The translations under genes were made by a program, and so were the position numbers. From an uncultured Sulfurospirillum sp. (GTDB lineage: Bacteria; Campylobacterota; Campylobacteria; Campylobacterales; Sulfurospirillaceae), in assembly GCA_965306065.1 (NCBI GenBank), contig CBDLTN010000001.1, positions 1,955-65,954 on the forward strand: DNA of 64,000 nt, read 5' to 3'. Of this stretch, positions 57,039 to 64,000 are shown piece by piece (position 1 is the stretch's first letter; every line of letters starts with the position of its first letter). The notes under the pieces are model-generated. The model did no database searches. It saw only the letters and a program-made list of their open reading frames with translations, and was not told the DNA's origin.

Positions 57039-60000
57039 ATGGTAGAAAAGATAATAGACTTTAGTATAAAAAACATCTTTCTCGTACTTTTTAGTACAAT
57101 TATTCTTATAAGTGGTTCTATTTGGGCAGTTAAAAATACTGCTCTTGATGCACTCCCTGATTTATCTCCTCCACAAGTAATTGTACAGATAAAATGGAAA
57201 GGGCAATCTCCAACTACAATTGAAGAACAGATAAGTTATCCACTTATCTCAAATCTACTCTCTTTGCAAAACATTGATACAGTTCGTGCTATGAGTAGCT
57301 TTGAAAATGCTCTTATCTATATCATCTTTAAAGATAAGGCTGATATTTATGATGCAAGAACAAGAGTTTTAGAACAGCTATCTCAACTCTCTGCCACTTT
57401 TCCAAAGGGCTCTTCGGTAACAATTGGTCCTGATGCAACTGGTGTTGGTTGGGCTTATGAATATGCATTGAAATCAAAATCAAAAAGCTTAGAAGAGCTT
57501 AGAACTTTACAAGATTACTTTTATAAATATGGTCTTTTAGGAGTTGATGGGGTCAGTGATGTTGCCTCAATAGGTGGTTTTGTAAAAAATTATGAAATAA
57601 CTATAAATCAAGATAAGTTAGTACAACACAATTTAAACATAAATGATATAAAAAAGATAATATCAAATAGCAACGATGACAAAGGTGGAAGAATCATTTT
57701 AGAAAATGGTTTTGAACATATCATTCAAGCAAAAGGATACCTTAAAAGTGTTGTTGATATAGAAAATATAGTCATTAAAAACATTAATGCAACTCCTCTT
57801 AAAATCAAAGACATAGCAAGTGTCAATATTACATCTTCTAATAGACGTGGTATGGCTGATTTAGATGGTGAGGGAGAGAGTGTAGGTGGTATAGTTATCA
57901 TAAGATATGGAGAAAATACTTATGATGTTATCAAAAATGTAAAAAAGAAACTCGAAACTCTTAAAATCGACGATGTAGAGATAGTTGAAGTATATGATAG
58001 AAGTTCTCTTATTGATAAAGCAATTGATACACTAAGAAATACTCTTATCGAAGAGAGTGCCATAGTTATGATAATCTCTGGACTATTTTTGTTTCATTTT
58101 AGAAGTGCTCTTATCATCATCATAACTCTTCCTATAACTGTTCTTTTTACTTTTCTTTTTATGAAGTTTTTTGGACTTGGAAGTAATATTATGAGTCTTG
58201 GAGGAATTGCAATTGCAATTGGTGCTATGGTTGATGCAACAATTGTTATGGTTGAAAATGCCCACAAGTATATACACAAAGCTACACTAGAACATGGAGA
58301 AATTACAAATAAACAAAGAGTTGATATTATCATCAAATCTTCTAAACAAGTTGGTCGTCCTATATTCTTTGCTCTCATTCTTGTTGTGGTTTCATTTTTA
58401 CCTATCTTTGCACTAACCGGACAAGAAGGAAAACTTTTTTCACCCTTAGCATTTACTAAAACATTTGCTATGTTATCAGGTGCATTTTTATCTATAACAC
58501 TGGTTCCTATTTTGATGATATTTTTTATAAGAGGTAAGATTCTTCCAGAAAATAAAAACTGGTTAAATAAATTTTTTACTATCCTTTATGTACCATTTTT
58601 AAAGCTTTCATTGAAAATTAGATACTTTGTTATTTTAGGCTCAATTGCAATGGTTGTTCTAACTTATCCAATTTATAAAAAACAAAATTGGGAATTTATG
58701 CCTATGATAAATGAGCAAACTTTTATGTATATGCCAGTAACACCTTATGGAATTGGTGTAGATTTTGCTAAAGAGTTAACTCAAAAAACAAATAAAATTA
58801 TAAAAAGCTTTCCAGAAGTAGAAACAGCATTTGGTAAAGCTGGACGAGCAGATTCTGCAACTGATCCAGCTCCACTTGCTATGATAGAAACTATCATACA
58901 ATTCAAACCAAAAGAGCAGTGGCGTGAAGGAATGACTCATGAAAAATTAATGCTTGAAATGGATAAAAAACTTCAAGTTGCAGGACTCATCAACTCATGG
59001 ACTTATCCAATAAGAGGTCGTATAGATATGCTTCTAACTGGTATTAGAACGCCTCTTGGAATCAAGCTGTATGGAAACGACCATCAGAAACTAGAAGATA
59101 CCGCATTTTCAATTGAGACAAAATTAAAAGAGTTAAAAAACTATACTCTTTCAGTATCATCAGATAAAATCAATAGCGGATACTATCTAAATATAGACAT
59201 TGATGATGAAAAGATTTCACGTTTTGGAATCACAAAAGATGACATATTAAAAGTTGTTCAACTAAGTATTGGTGGTGGTAAAATTAGTACTATGATAAAA
59301 GGCCTTGAAAGATACCCAATCAGTTTAAGGCTAGAAAATCAACAAAGAGCTGATCTTACAAGCGTTAAAAGAATACAGATAAAAACAAACCTTGGGTTTT
59401 ATCCATTAGAGACTTTTGCAAATATCTATTACAAAGAGGGTCCTAGTGTCATAAAATCTGAAAAAGGTATGAATGTAAACTTTGTTTATATAACACCTAA
59501 AACAGGAATTTCCTCTAAACAGTATAAAGACATAGCTCAAGAAGCACTAAAAGATATAAAACTTCCTGATGGTTTTTATTTTGAATGGGCTGGACAAAGT
59601 GAATATCTAGAAAGTGCTATGGAAAAACTAGCATACATAATACCTCTTACTTTCATGATAATCTTTGTGCTTATTCTTATGGCATTAAAAAACTTTTTAT
59701 ATACTTGTATCATTTTTTTCACTCTTCCATTTGCAATAACTGGAGGAATTTGGTATCTTGATTTTCTAAATTTCAACATCAGTATAGCTGTTATAGTTGG
59801 TTTTTTAGCTCTGCTTGGAGTTGCTGCTGAGACTTCTATAGTAATGATAGTTTATCTCGATGAAGCCTTAAAAGAGTTAAGAGAAAAAGGTTTGAAATTC
59901 AATAAAAAGAATATATATTCTGCTGTTTATAATGGTGCCGCTTTAAGATTAAGACCAAAACTAATGACGCTATTTGCCATTATGGGAGGATTAATCCCTA

Positions 60001-60155
60001 TAATGTACATAAATGGCGTGGGAAGTGAAGTTATGCAGAGAATTGCTGCACCTATGATAGGAGGTATGTTAACTTCTGCCCTACTCACACTTATAGTCAT
60101 CCCTTCTATTTTCTATATGATTGCTTTAAATAGAAAAGAAAAACTACTAAACTAA
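57039..60155 (+). CDS. cusA: Heavy-metal (Cu/Ag) efflux RND transporter, CusA/CzcA family
   Basis: 1038 aa, 12 TM helices. GGIAIAIGAMVDATIVMVEN is an HME-RND signature. Confidence 0.92.
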   Translation: MVEKIIDFSIKNIFLVLFSTIILISGSIWAVKNTALDALPDLSPPQVIVQIKWKGQSPTTIEEQISYPLISNLLSLQNIDTVRAMSSFENALIYIIFKDKADIYDARTRVLEQLSQLSATFPKGSSVTIGPDATGVGWAYEYALKSKSKSLEELRTLQDYFYKYGLLGVDGVSDVASIGGFVKNYEITINQDKLVQHNLNINDIKKIISNSNDDKGGRIILENGFEHIIQAKGYLKSVVDIENIVIKNINATPLKIKDIASVNITSSNRRGMADLDGEGESVGGIVIIRYGENTYDVIKNVKKKLETLKIDDVEIVEVYDRSSLIDKAIDTLRNTLIEESAIVMIISGLFLFHFRSALIIIITLPITVLFTFLFMKFFGLGSNIMSLGGIAIAIGAMVDATIVMVENAHKYIHKATLEHGEITNKQRVDIIIKSSKQVGRPIFFALILVVVSFLPIFALTGQEGKLFSPLAFTKTFAMLSGAFLSITLVPILMIFFIRGKILPENKNWLNKFFTILYVPFLKLSLKIRYFVILGSIAMVVLTYPIYKKQNWEFMPMINEQTFMYMPVTPYGIGVDFAKELTQKTNKIIKSFPEVETAFGKAGRADSATDPAPLAMIETIIQFKPKEQWREGMTHEKLMLEMDKKLQVAGLINSWTYPIRGRIDMLLTGIRTPLGIKLYGNDHQKLEDTAFSIETKLKELKNYTLSVSSDKINSGYYLNIDIDDEKISRFGITKDDILKVVQLSIGGGKISTMIKGLERYPISLRLENQQRADLTSVKRIQIKTNLGFYPLETFANIYYKEGPSVIKSEKGMNVNFVYITPKTGISSKQYKDIAQEALKDIKLPDGFYFEWAGQSEYLESAMEKLAYIIPLTFMIIFVLILMALKNFLYTCIIFFTLPFAITGGIWYLDFLNFNISIAVIVGFLALLGVAAETSIVMIVYLDEALKELREKGLKFNKKNIYSAVYNGAALRLRPKLMTLFAIMGGLIPIMYINGVGSEVMQRIAAPMIGGMLTSALLTLIVIPSIFYMIALNRKEKLLN

Positions 60156-60186
60156 TTTACATGTAAGGAATTTCCTTACATGTAAA
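60156..60186. repeat. 31-bp perfect palindrome built from two copies of the iterated motif (TTTACATGTAAGGAA-t-TTCCTTACATGTAAA), starting 1 nt after the cusA stop
   Basis: Read directly from the sequence. It probably forms a terminator/processing hairpin. Confidence 0.9.
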
Positions 60187-60201
60187 TACATTTTATGTAA
60201 A

Positions 60202-60235
60202 CTTCCACATTATCTACACACTAAAGTGATAATAT
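60202..60235 (+). promoter_or_regulatory. Direct-repeat box 3 (CTTCCACattaTCTACACacta) plus -10 TAATAT; likely promoter of the cytochrome c / copG-like pair
   Basis: Half-sites start at 60202 and 60213. The -10 at 60230 lies 17 nt from the start of the second half-site. Confidence 0.55.
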
Positions 60236-60260
60236 ACTTTATACAAACAAAGGGAATGAA

Positions 60261-60554
60261 ATGAAGTACATAACTATTTTAATGCTTTTTACATTAACAC
60301 TTTTTGCAGAAGTTAAAGGTTCCACTTTATATAACTCTTGCCAATACTGTCATGGAATAAAGGCAGATAAAGTTTATGCAGACCAAGTACCTGCTATAAA
60401 CAATATGGATGCTAAAACGCTACAAGCAGTATTAGAATTATATAAAAAAGGCGAAATAGATACTTATGGCTTTGGCCCTATTATGAAAACTCAAATGAAA
60501 AATATACCAACTGATAAAATATCAATATTAGCTGAGTATATAGCAAACTTATAA
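60261..60554 (+). CDS. Monohaem class I c-type cytochrome (periplasmic)
   Basis: It has a signal peptide, a single CQYCH haem site and a downstream Met ligand region (PIMKTQM). Confidence 0.75.
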   Translation: MKYITILMLFTLTLFAEVKGSTLYNSCQYCHGIKADKVYADQVPAINNMDAKTLQAVLELYKKGEIDTYGFGPIMKTQMKNIPTDKISILAEYIANL

Positions 60555-60563
60555 AGGATTAAA

Positions 60564-60995
60564 ATGAAAAAAATATTAATTTTATTGGCAATATCATTGT
60601 CGTTTAGTTATGCCCAAATGGCAAAAGATATGGTTGTTTATAAAACACCTTACTGTGGATGTTGTACTAACTGGATAGAACAGATGAAAGACAAAGGATT
60701 TAACATCAAAACTATCGTTCAAGACAATTTTGATAAGATGAAAATGTCAAAAGGCATCACACCACAAACTGCTTCTTGTCATACTGCTTTGATTGATGGT
60801 TATGTTATAGAAGGACATGTAAATTACTCAGCAATTAAAAAATTATTGACTGAAAAACCAAAAGATATAAAAGCTTTAAGTGTTCCTGGTATGGTAGTAG
60901 GAAGCCCTGGTATGGAAATGGGTAACAAAAAAATGCCTTATAATATCATCGCAATCAAAAAAGATGGTTCAACTGAAGTTTACGAGAAACATTAA
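60564..60995 (+). CDS. DUF411 / CopG-like periplasmic copper-binding protein
   Basis: It has a signal peptide, a CGCC (CxCC) motif, and later SCH...EGHV and PGME(M) blocks typical of the family. Confidence 0.75.
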   Translation: MKKILILLAISLSFSYAQMAKDMVVYKTPYCGCCTNWIEQMKDKGFNIKTIVQDNFDKMKMSKGITPQTASCHTALIDGYVIEGHVNYSAIKKLLTEKPKDIKALSVPGMVVGSPGMEMGNKKMPYNIIAIKKDGSTEVYEKH

Positions 60996-60998
60996 TAT

Positions 60999-62201
60999 CT
61001 ATTTGTTTTTTTGACTTCTTTTTTCTAGATACTCTAACAAATCAAACAACTCCTTATTTTCTCGAGTTAGTTTTGATTTGTTGAGTGACTTTAAATAGTA
61101 TCTTAAAAAAGTCAAACAACTATATGGATAATCTATCCCTGCTTCTTTAAAATGACGACTAATTATCATTGAAGAGCTAGCTTTTTCCCACATCATCCTA
61201 TCAAATAAAAATGCCATAGAATCTAAAATTTTTACCAAATTACCAATATTTTTTTCATAAGATGATTCAAATTTTTTCTTAAACTCTTCAAAGAAAAGTT
61301 CAAAATACTCATTAGTGATAGGCAGAAGCATTTCATTCTCTTCACGCAAAGTTCCTACTCTATCAATCGCATCAACATAAAGTCTTTTTACATGTTTTAT
61401 ACTCTGTTTTAAAGGAACAATACTCTCATCATCTTTCTTTAAATGGCTCAAATCTTTCATCTTCTGTTTTATTTCGCTCTCCATTACAGATAGATTTGTT
61501 TTTATACTAGCCATTTCAGAGATATTTTTTTCTAATCGTCTTTTTGCCTCTTTATATCTTGTTTGCTTTAAAAAAATCGTAGAAAAAGCAATCTTAGGAT
61601 ACATAAAACTTTTTTTATAGATATCATGAATACTATTTATCTCTTGGATATTTCTATACATCTCAGTCAAACTTCCATCAGCTAAAGAGATGTCGATTTC
61701 AAGTAAATTATTATATGCAGTAAACAAGAAACGTTTCATTTTTAAGTAATCCAACTCTTCTTCATCAGATTGGAGTTGATAGTCTTTATACTTACTTACT
61801 GTATCTTGCAATGAAGAGAAAAACTTTGTCATAGTAGCTTCTATAAAACCACGCGGTACATTTTTTGCTGAATAAGAATCAGTGTCCAGTTTACTTTTCT
61901 CTAAATCTTCTTCACAAGAGCCAAACATATCAGTTGCTATAATCATCCTTGCTGCTTCTTCTATAGAAGTAGGTACATCTTTTTTATCTTTTTGAATATC
62001 TTCTACGACAATTGGTTCTTTAAACTTTATAACACTTTTTATTTTATTCTCTTCAAGTTCTAAATAAACCTTAAGACCAATGCCAGGCATATTATCAAGG
62101 TCATCCCACATTTCAATATTAAATTTGTATTTTTGCTTATCTTGTGAAAGTATCAAGCCTGAGCCATCATCAAGATTATAAAAGATTATAGTACCGTTCA
62201 T
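60999..62201 (-). CDS. Hypothetical protein, 400 aa: small N-terminal beta-rich domain plus a long helical/coiled region
   Basis: A long ORF with ordinary codon usage. No recognisable motif or TM segment. It lies downstream of the arginine kinase gene. Confidence 0.6.
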   Translation of the reverse strand: MNGTIIFYNLDDGSGLILSQDKQKYKFNIEMWDDLDNMPGIGLKVYLELEENKIKSVIKFKEPIVVEDIQKDKKDVPTSIEEAARMIIATDMFGSCEEDLEKSKLDTDSYSAKNVPRGFIEATMTKFFSSLQDTVSKYKDYQLQSDEEELDYLKMKRFLFTAYNNLLEIDISLADGSLTEMYRNIQEINSIHDIYKKSFMYPKIAFSTIFLKQTRYKEAKRRLEKNISEMASIKTNLSVMESEIKQKMKDLSHLKKDDESIVPLKQSIKHVKRLYVDAIDRVGTLREENEMLLPITNEYFELFFEEFKKKFESSYEKNIGNLVKILDSMAFLFDRMMWEKASSSMIISRHFKEAGIDYPYSCLTFLRYYLKSLNKSKLTRENKELFDLLEYLEKRSQKNK

Positions 62202-62254
62202 ACACTCTTTCCTTTTAATTATGATAGCACAATACTTTTAAAAAATATATTTAT

Positions 62255-63256
62255 TTATTGTCTATATAGGTTCTTATCCTCTTTCAACAAAACTTTTACA
62301 CCATCAATTACATCTTGAATACACTCAACTTCGCTCACTCCCAACCTACGCTTATTGCTTATATCAAAGATATTTTCTTCGCTTTTAGAATGCTCTCCAT
62401 GTATGCCTCTTATCTGCAGATGATATTCCTTGCATATTTCTTCAAGTTTAAACATGTTTTTTGAAAGATTTGGAAGTTTTAGGTGTACACTTGCACGCAT
62501 TGCTGTGCCTAAGTTAGTTGGGCAACTTGTTATATATCCTAGATTATCATTATATAAAAAATCTAAACTCTTCTCTAATTCAATTAAAAATTTAACCAAA
62601 CGAGAAAAAACTTCTTTAATATCTCCACCTTTTTGCATAGATATAATACGAAGCTGGTCTTCTTCATTTACCCAAACTAAAAATGTCTTCTCTTCATTAT
62701 GATAAATTCCACGACCACTTGGCCAGTCTCGATTAAGTCCTGCTGCTTCAAGAAATCTATCTCCCTCTTTAAATAGAAAATGCTCTTTTATCAAAGAGTT
62801 TTTTTCTTCTTTGCTTAAAGATTCAAGTGAATAGTATTTTCCTTTACATGTAAGAGATTTTATAGCTGATATAACTCTTCTTTCAACTTCAGATCTTTGT
62901 TTTTTAGAGATATTTGTTCCAAGTGGAAAATCTCTTAAATTTCTACCTACTCTTATTCTTGTTGAGATGATTTTATCTTCATCAATAACTGCATCTTTCA
63001 AACCCTTTACATGTAAAAATGTTCTATGTTTATCTTCTTTGTCAAATCCATGATACTCTTTAATAATAGGAGAAAAAACTTTAGCAAAAAGCTCATAAGA
63101 CTCTTCATCTCCTGCATATATTCCTATACTGCTATCTGGGTTTTTCACACCAGAGTTTATAGCCATATCTAAAGTGTATCCTGATTTGGTTTTTAAACTT
63201 TTTAACTCTTGATAAATCTCATCTTTTAGGTTCTTTTTCATTAATGATGTTTCCAT
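62255..63256 (-). CDS. Phosphagen (arginine) kinase, eukaryote-type ATP:guanido phosphotransferase
   Basis: CPTNLGT active-site signature; NEEDQLRIISMQKGGD; HFLFKEGDRFLEAAG..RDWPSGRGIYHN; IRGIHGEHS...IFDISNKRRLG. These blocks closely resemble invertebrate arginine kinases. Confidence 0.88.
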   Translation of the reverse strand: METSLMKKNLKDEIYQELKSLKTKSGYTLDMAINSGVKNPDSSIGIYAGDEESYELFAKVFSPIIKEYHGFDKEDKHRTFLHVKGLKDAVIDEDKIISTRIRVGRNLRDFPLGTNISKKQRSEVERRVISAIKSLTCKGKYYSLESLSKEEKNSLIKEHFLFKEGDRFLEAAGLNRDWPSGRGIYHNEEKTFLVWVNEEDQLRIISMQKGGDIKEVFSRLVKFLIELEKSLDFLYNDNLGYITSCPTNLGTAMRASVHLKLPNLSKNMFKLEEICKEYHLQIRGIHGEHSKSEENIFDISNKRRLGVSEVECIQDVIDGVKVLLKEDKNLYRQ

Positions 63257-63325
63257 AACGATATTATACCCCTTAAAGCTTAATTAGGGTAATATTTATC
63301 CTAATTAAATAAATAGGATTTTTTA

Positions 63326-64000
63326 ATGTTAAAAACAATTATGCCATTAAATCTCATAATATCTTTACGATTTTTTGGTCTTTTCATAGTTCTACCGGTT
63401 TTATCGGTTTATGCTCTAAAATTTGAAAATGCGAATGAGCTTCTTATAGGTATTGCTATTGGTGGATATGCTGCAACTCAAATGCTATTACAAGTCCCTT
63501 TTGGTATGCTCTCAGATAAAATTGGTCGCAAAATAACTATAACTATAGGACTTATTATCTTTATTATAGGTTCATTAATATGTGCTTTTTCAACTGATAT
63601 ATACATGCTTATTCTAGGAAGATTACTTCAAGGAGCAGGAGCGATTGGAGCTGTTGCGGTGGCTATGATAAGTGATATGATAAAAGAAGAAATACGAGCA
63701 AAAGCCATGGCTATTATGGGTGGAAGTATCGCAATAACATTTGCCCTATCTATGGTTTTAGGACCACTTATAAGTGGCTTTTGGGGAATTGATAAACTAT
63801 TTCTTATAACTGCAATCTGTGCTGCAATTGCTATTATTGTACTTCTAACAAAAGTGCAAAATCCTCCAAAAATAACTCATGATTACGAAAGTAATAAAAA
63901 AGATATAATTAAAATTTTAAAAGATAAAAATCTATTCAAAATGAATATAACAAATATGCTTCAAAAGGGCATGATGACTCTAGCATTTTTAACAATCCCA
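63326..64000 (+). CDS. MFS transporter (3' end beyond the window)
   Basis: The open frame from ATG 63326 reads MLKTIMPLNLIISLRFFGLFIVLPVLSVYAL...GMLSDKIGRK, an MFS loop motif, with several TM segments. Confidence 0.75.
   Translation, partial: MLKTIMPLNLIISLRFFGLFIVLPVLSVYALKFENANELLIGIAIGGYAATQMLLQVPFGMLSDKIGRKITITIGLIIFIIGSLICAFSTDIYMLILGRLLQGAGAIGAVAVAMISDMIKEEIRAKAMAIMGGSIAITFALSMVLGPLISGFWGIDKLFLITAICAAIAIIVLLTKVQNPPKITHDYESNKKDIIKILKDKNLFKMNITNMLQKGMMTLAFLTIP

Noticed and set aside
464-59779. Many 60-150-aa ORFs nested antisense or out of frame inside long genes. Examples: 464-664, 1064-1447, 2236-2463, 4075-4392, 12451-12705, 15249-15434, 16150-17076, 32166-33224, 42386-42838, 48896-49360 and 58083-58378.
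   Set aside because: They are fully contained in genes with strong homology, lack RBSs, and have the composition expected of AT-rich antisense frames.
62255-63256. The ATP:guanido phosphotransferase could be a McsB-type protein arginine kinase (stress regulon).
   Set aside because: No mcsA, clpC or ctsR context is present. The N-terminal substrate-specificity domain and the blocks NEEDQLRIISMQKGGD and IFDISNKRRLG match free-arginine kinases of invertebrates rather than McsB.
1-64000. Searched for mobile elements, prophage or integrase genes, toxin-antitoxin pairs, restriction-modification or other defence genes, rRNA/tRNA (including selC), and long homopolymeric G/C tracts of the phase-variation type.
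   Set aside because: None was recognisable. The longest homopolymers are A/T runs of about 8 nt in AT-rich context, and no cloverleaf-like GC-rich intergenic segment was seen. This absence is judged by eye only and should be confirmed with tRNAscan-SE or Infernal and with defence-system HMMs.

Overview
This is an AT-rich chromosomal segment whose gene content and synteny look like Campylobacterota (Epsilonproteobacteria). The genus cannot be determined from this window alone. I call about 61 protein-coding genes, densely packed, and found no rRNA, tRNA, CRISPR array, transposase or integrase.

Gene blocks, in order:
- etfBA-fixC
- ribA plus a GDSL esterase
- a CHASE2/HD-GYP, OmpA, FecR envelope-signalling triad
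- selD (Sec-containing) and yedF
- tungstate transporter tupABC
- a ModE-like regulator, fdhD, and a periplasmic Sec-containing formate dehydrogenase (fdhABC plus accessory genes)
- a Hyb-type [NiFe] hydrogenase operon (hybOABCD order)
- a binding-protein/kinase/regulator module running straight into selAB
- c-di-GMP enzymes
- two OmpR-type two-component systems
- a DEAD-box helicase
- norspermidine genes
- two tandem MCP paralogues
- a cusCBA-type copper efflux operon with a cytochrome c and copG-like pair
- a eukaryote-type arginine kinase

The ORF track splits two selenoprotein genes at in-frame TGA codons: selD at 9201-9203 and fdhA at 18410-18412.

The most unusual signal is at the DNA level. 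A highly iterated palindrome, TTTACATGTAAA (core TACATGTA), occurs about 30 times in the window. Copies lie inside 15 unrelated genes, where they impose recurring LHVK or FTCK peptides. Intergenic copies form paired hairpins right after operon ends. The motif is absent from the fdh and hyb blocks.

Other regulatory findings:
- Three 11-bp-phased direct-repeat boxes sit at identical spacing from -10 elements around the cus locus.
- A near-consensus promoter plus an identical 13-mer operator is shared by etfBA and ribA.
- A 3 x 22 bp array of 7-1-7 dyads lies upstream of ribA.
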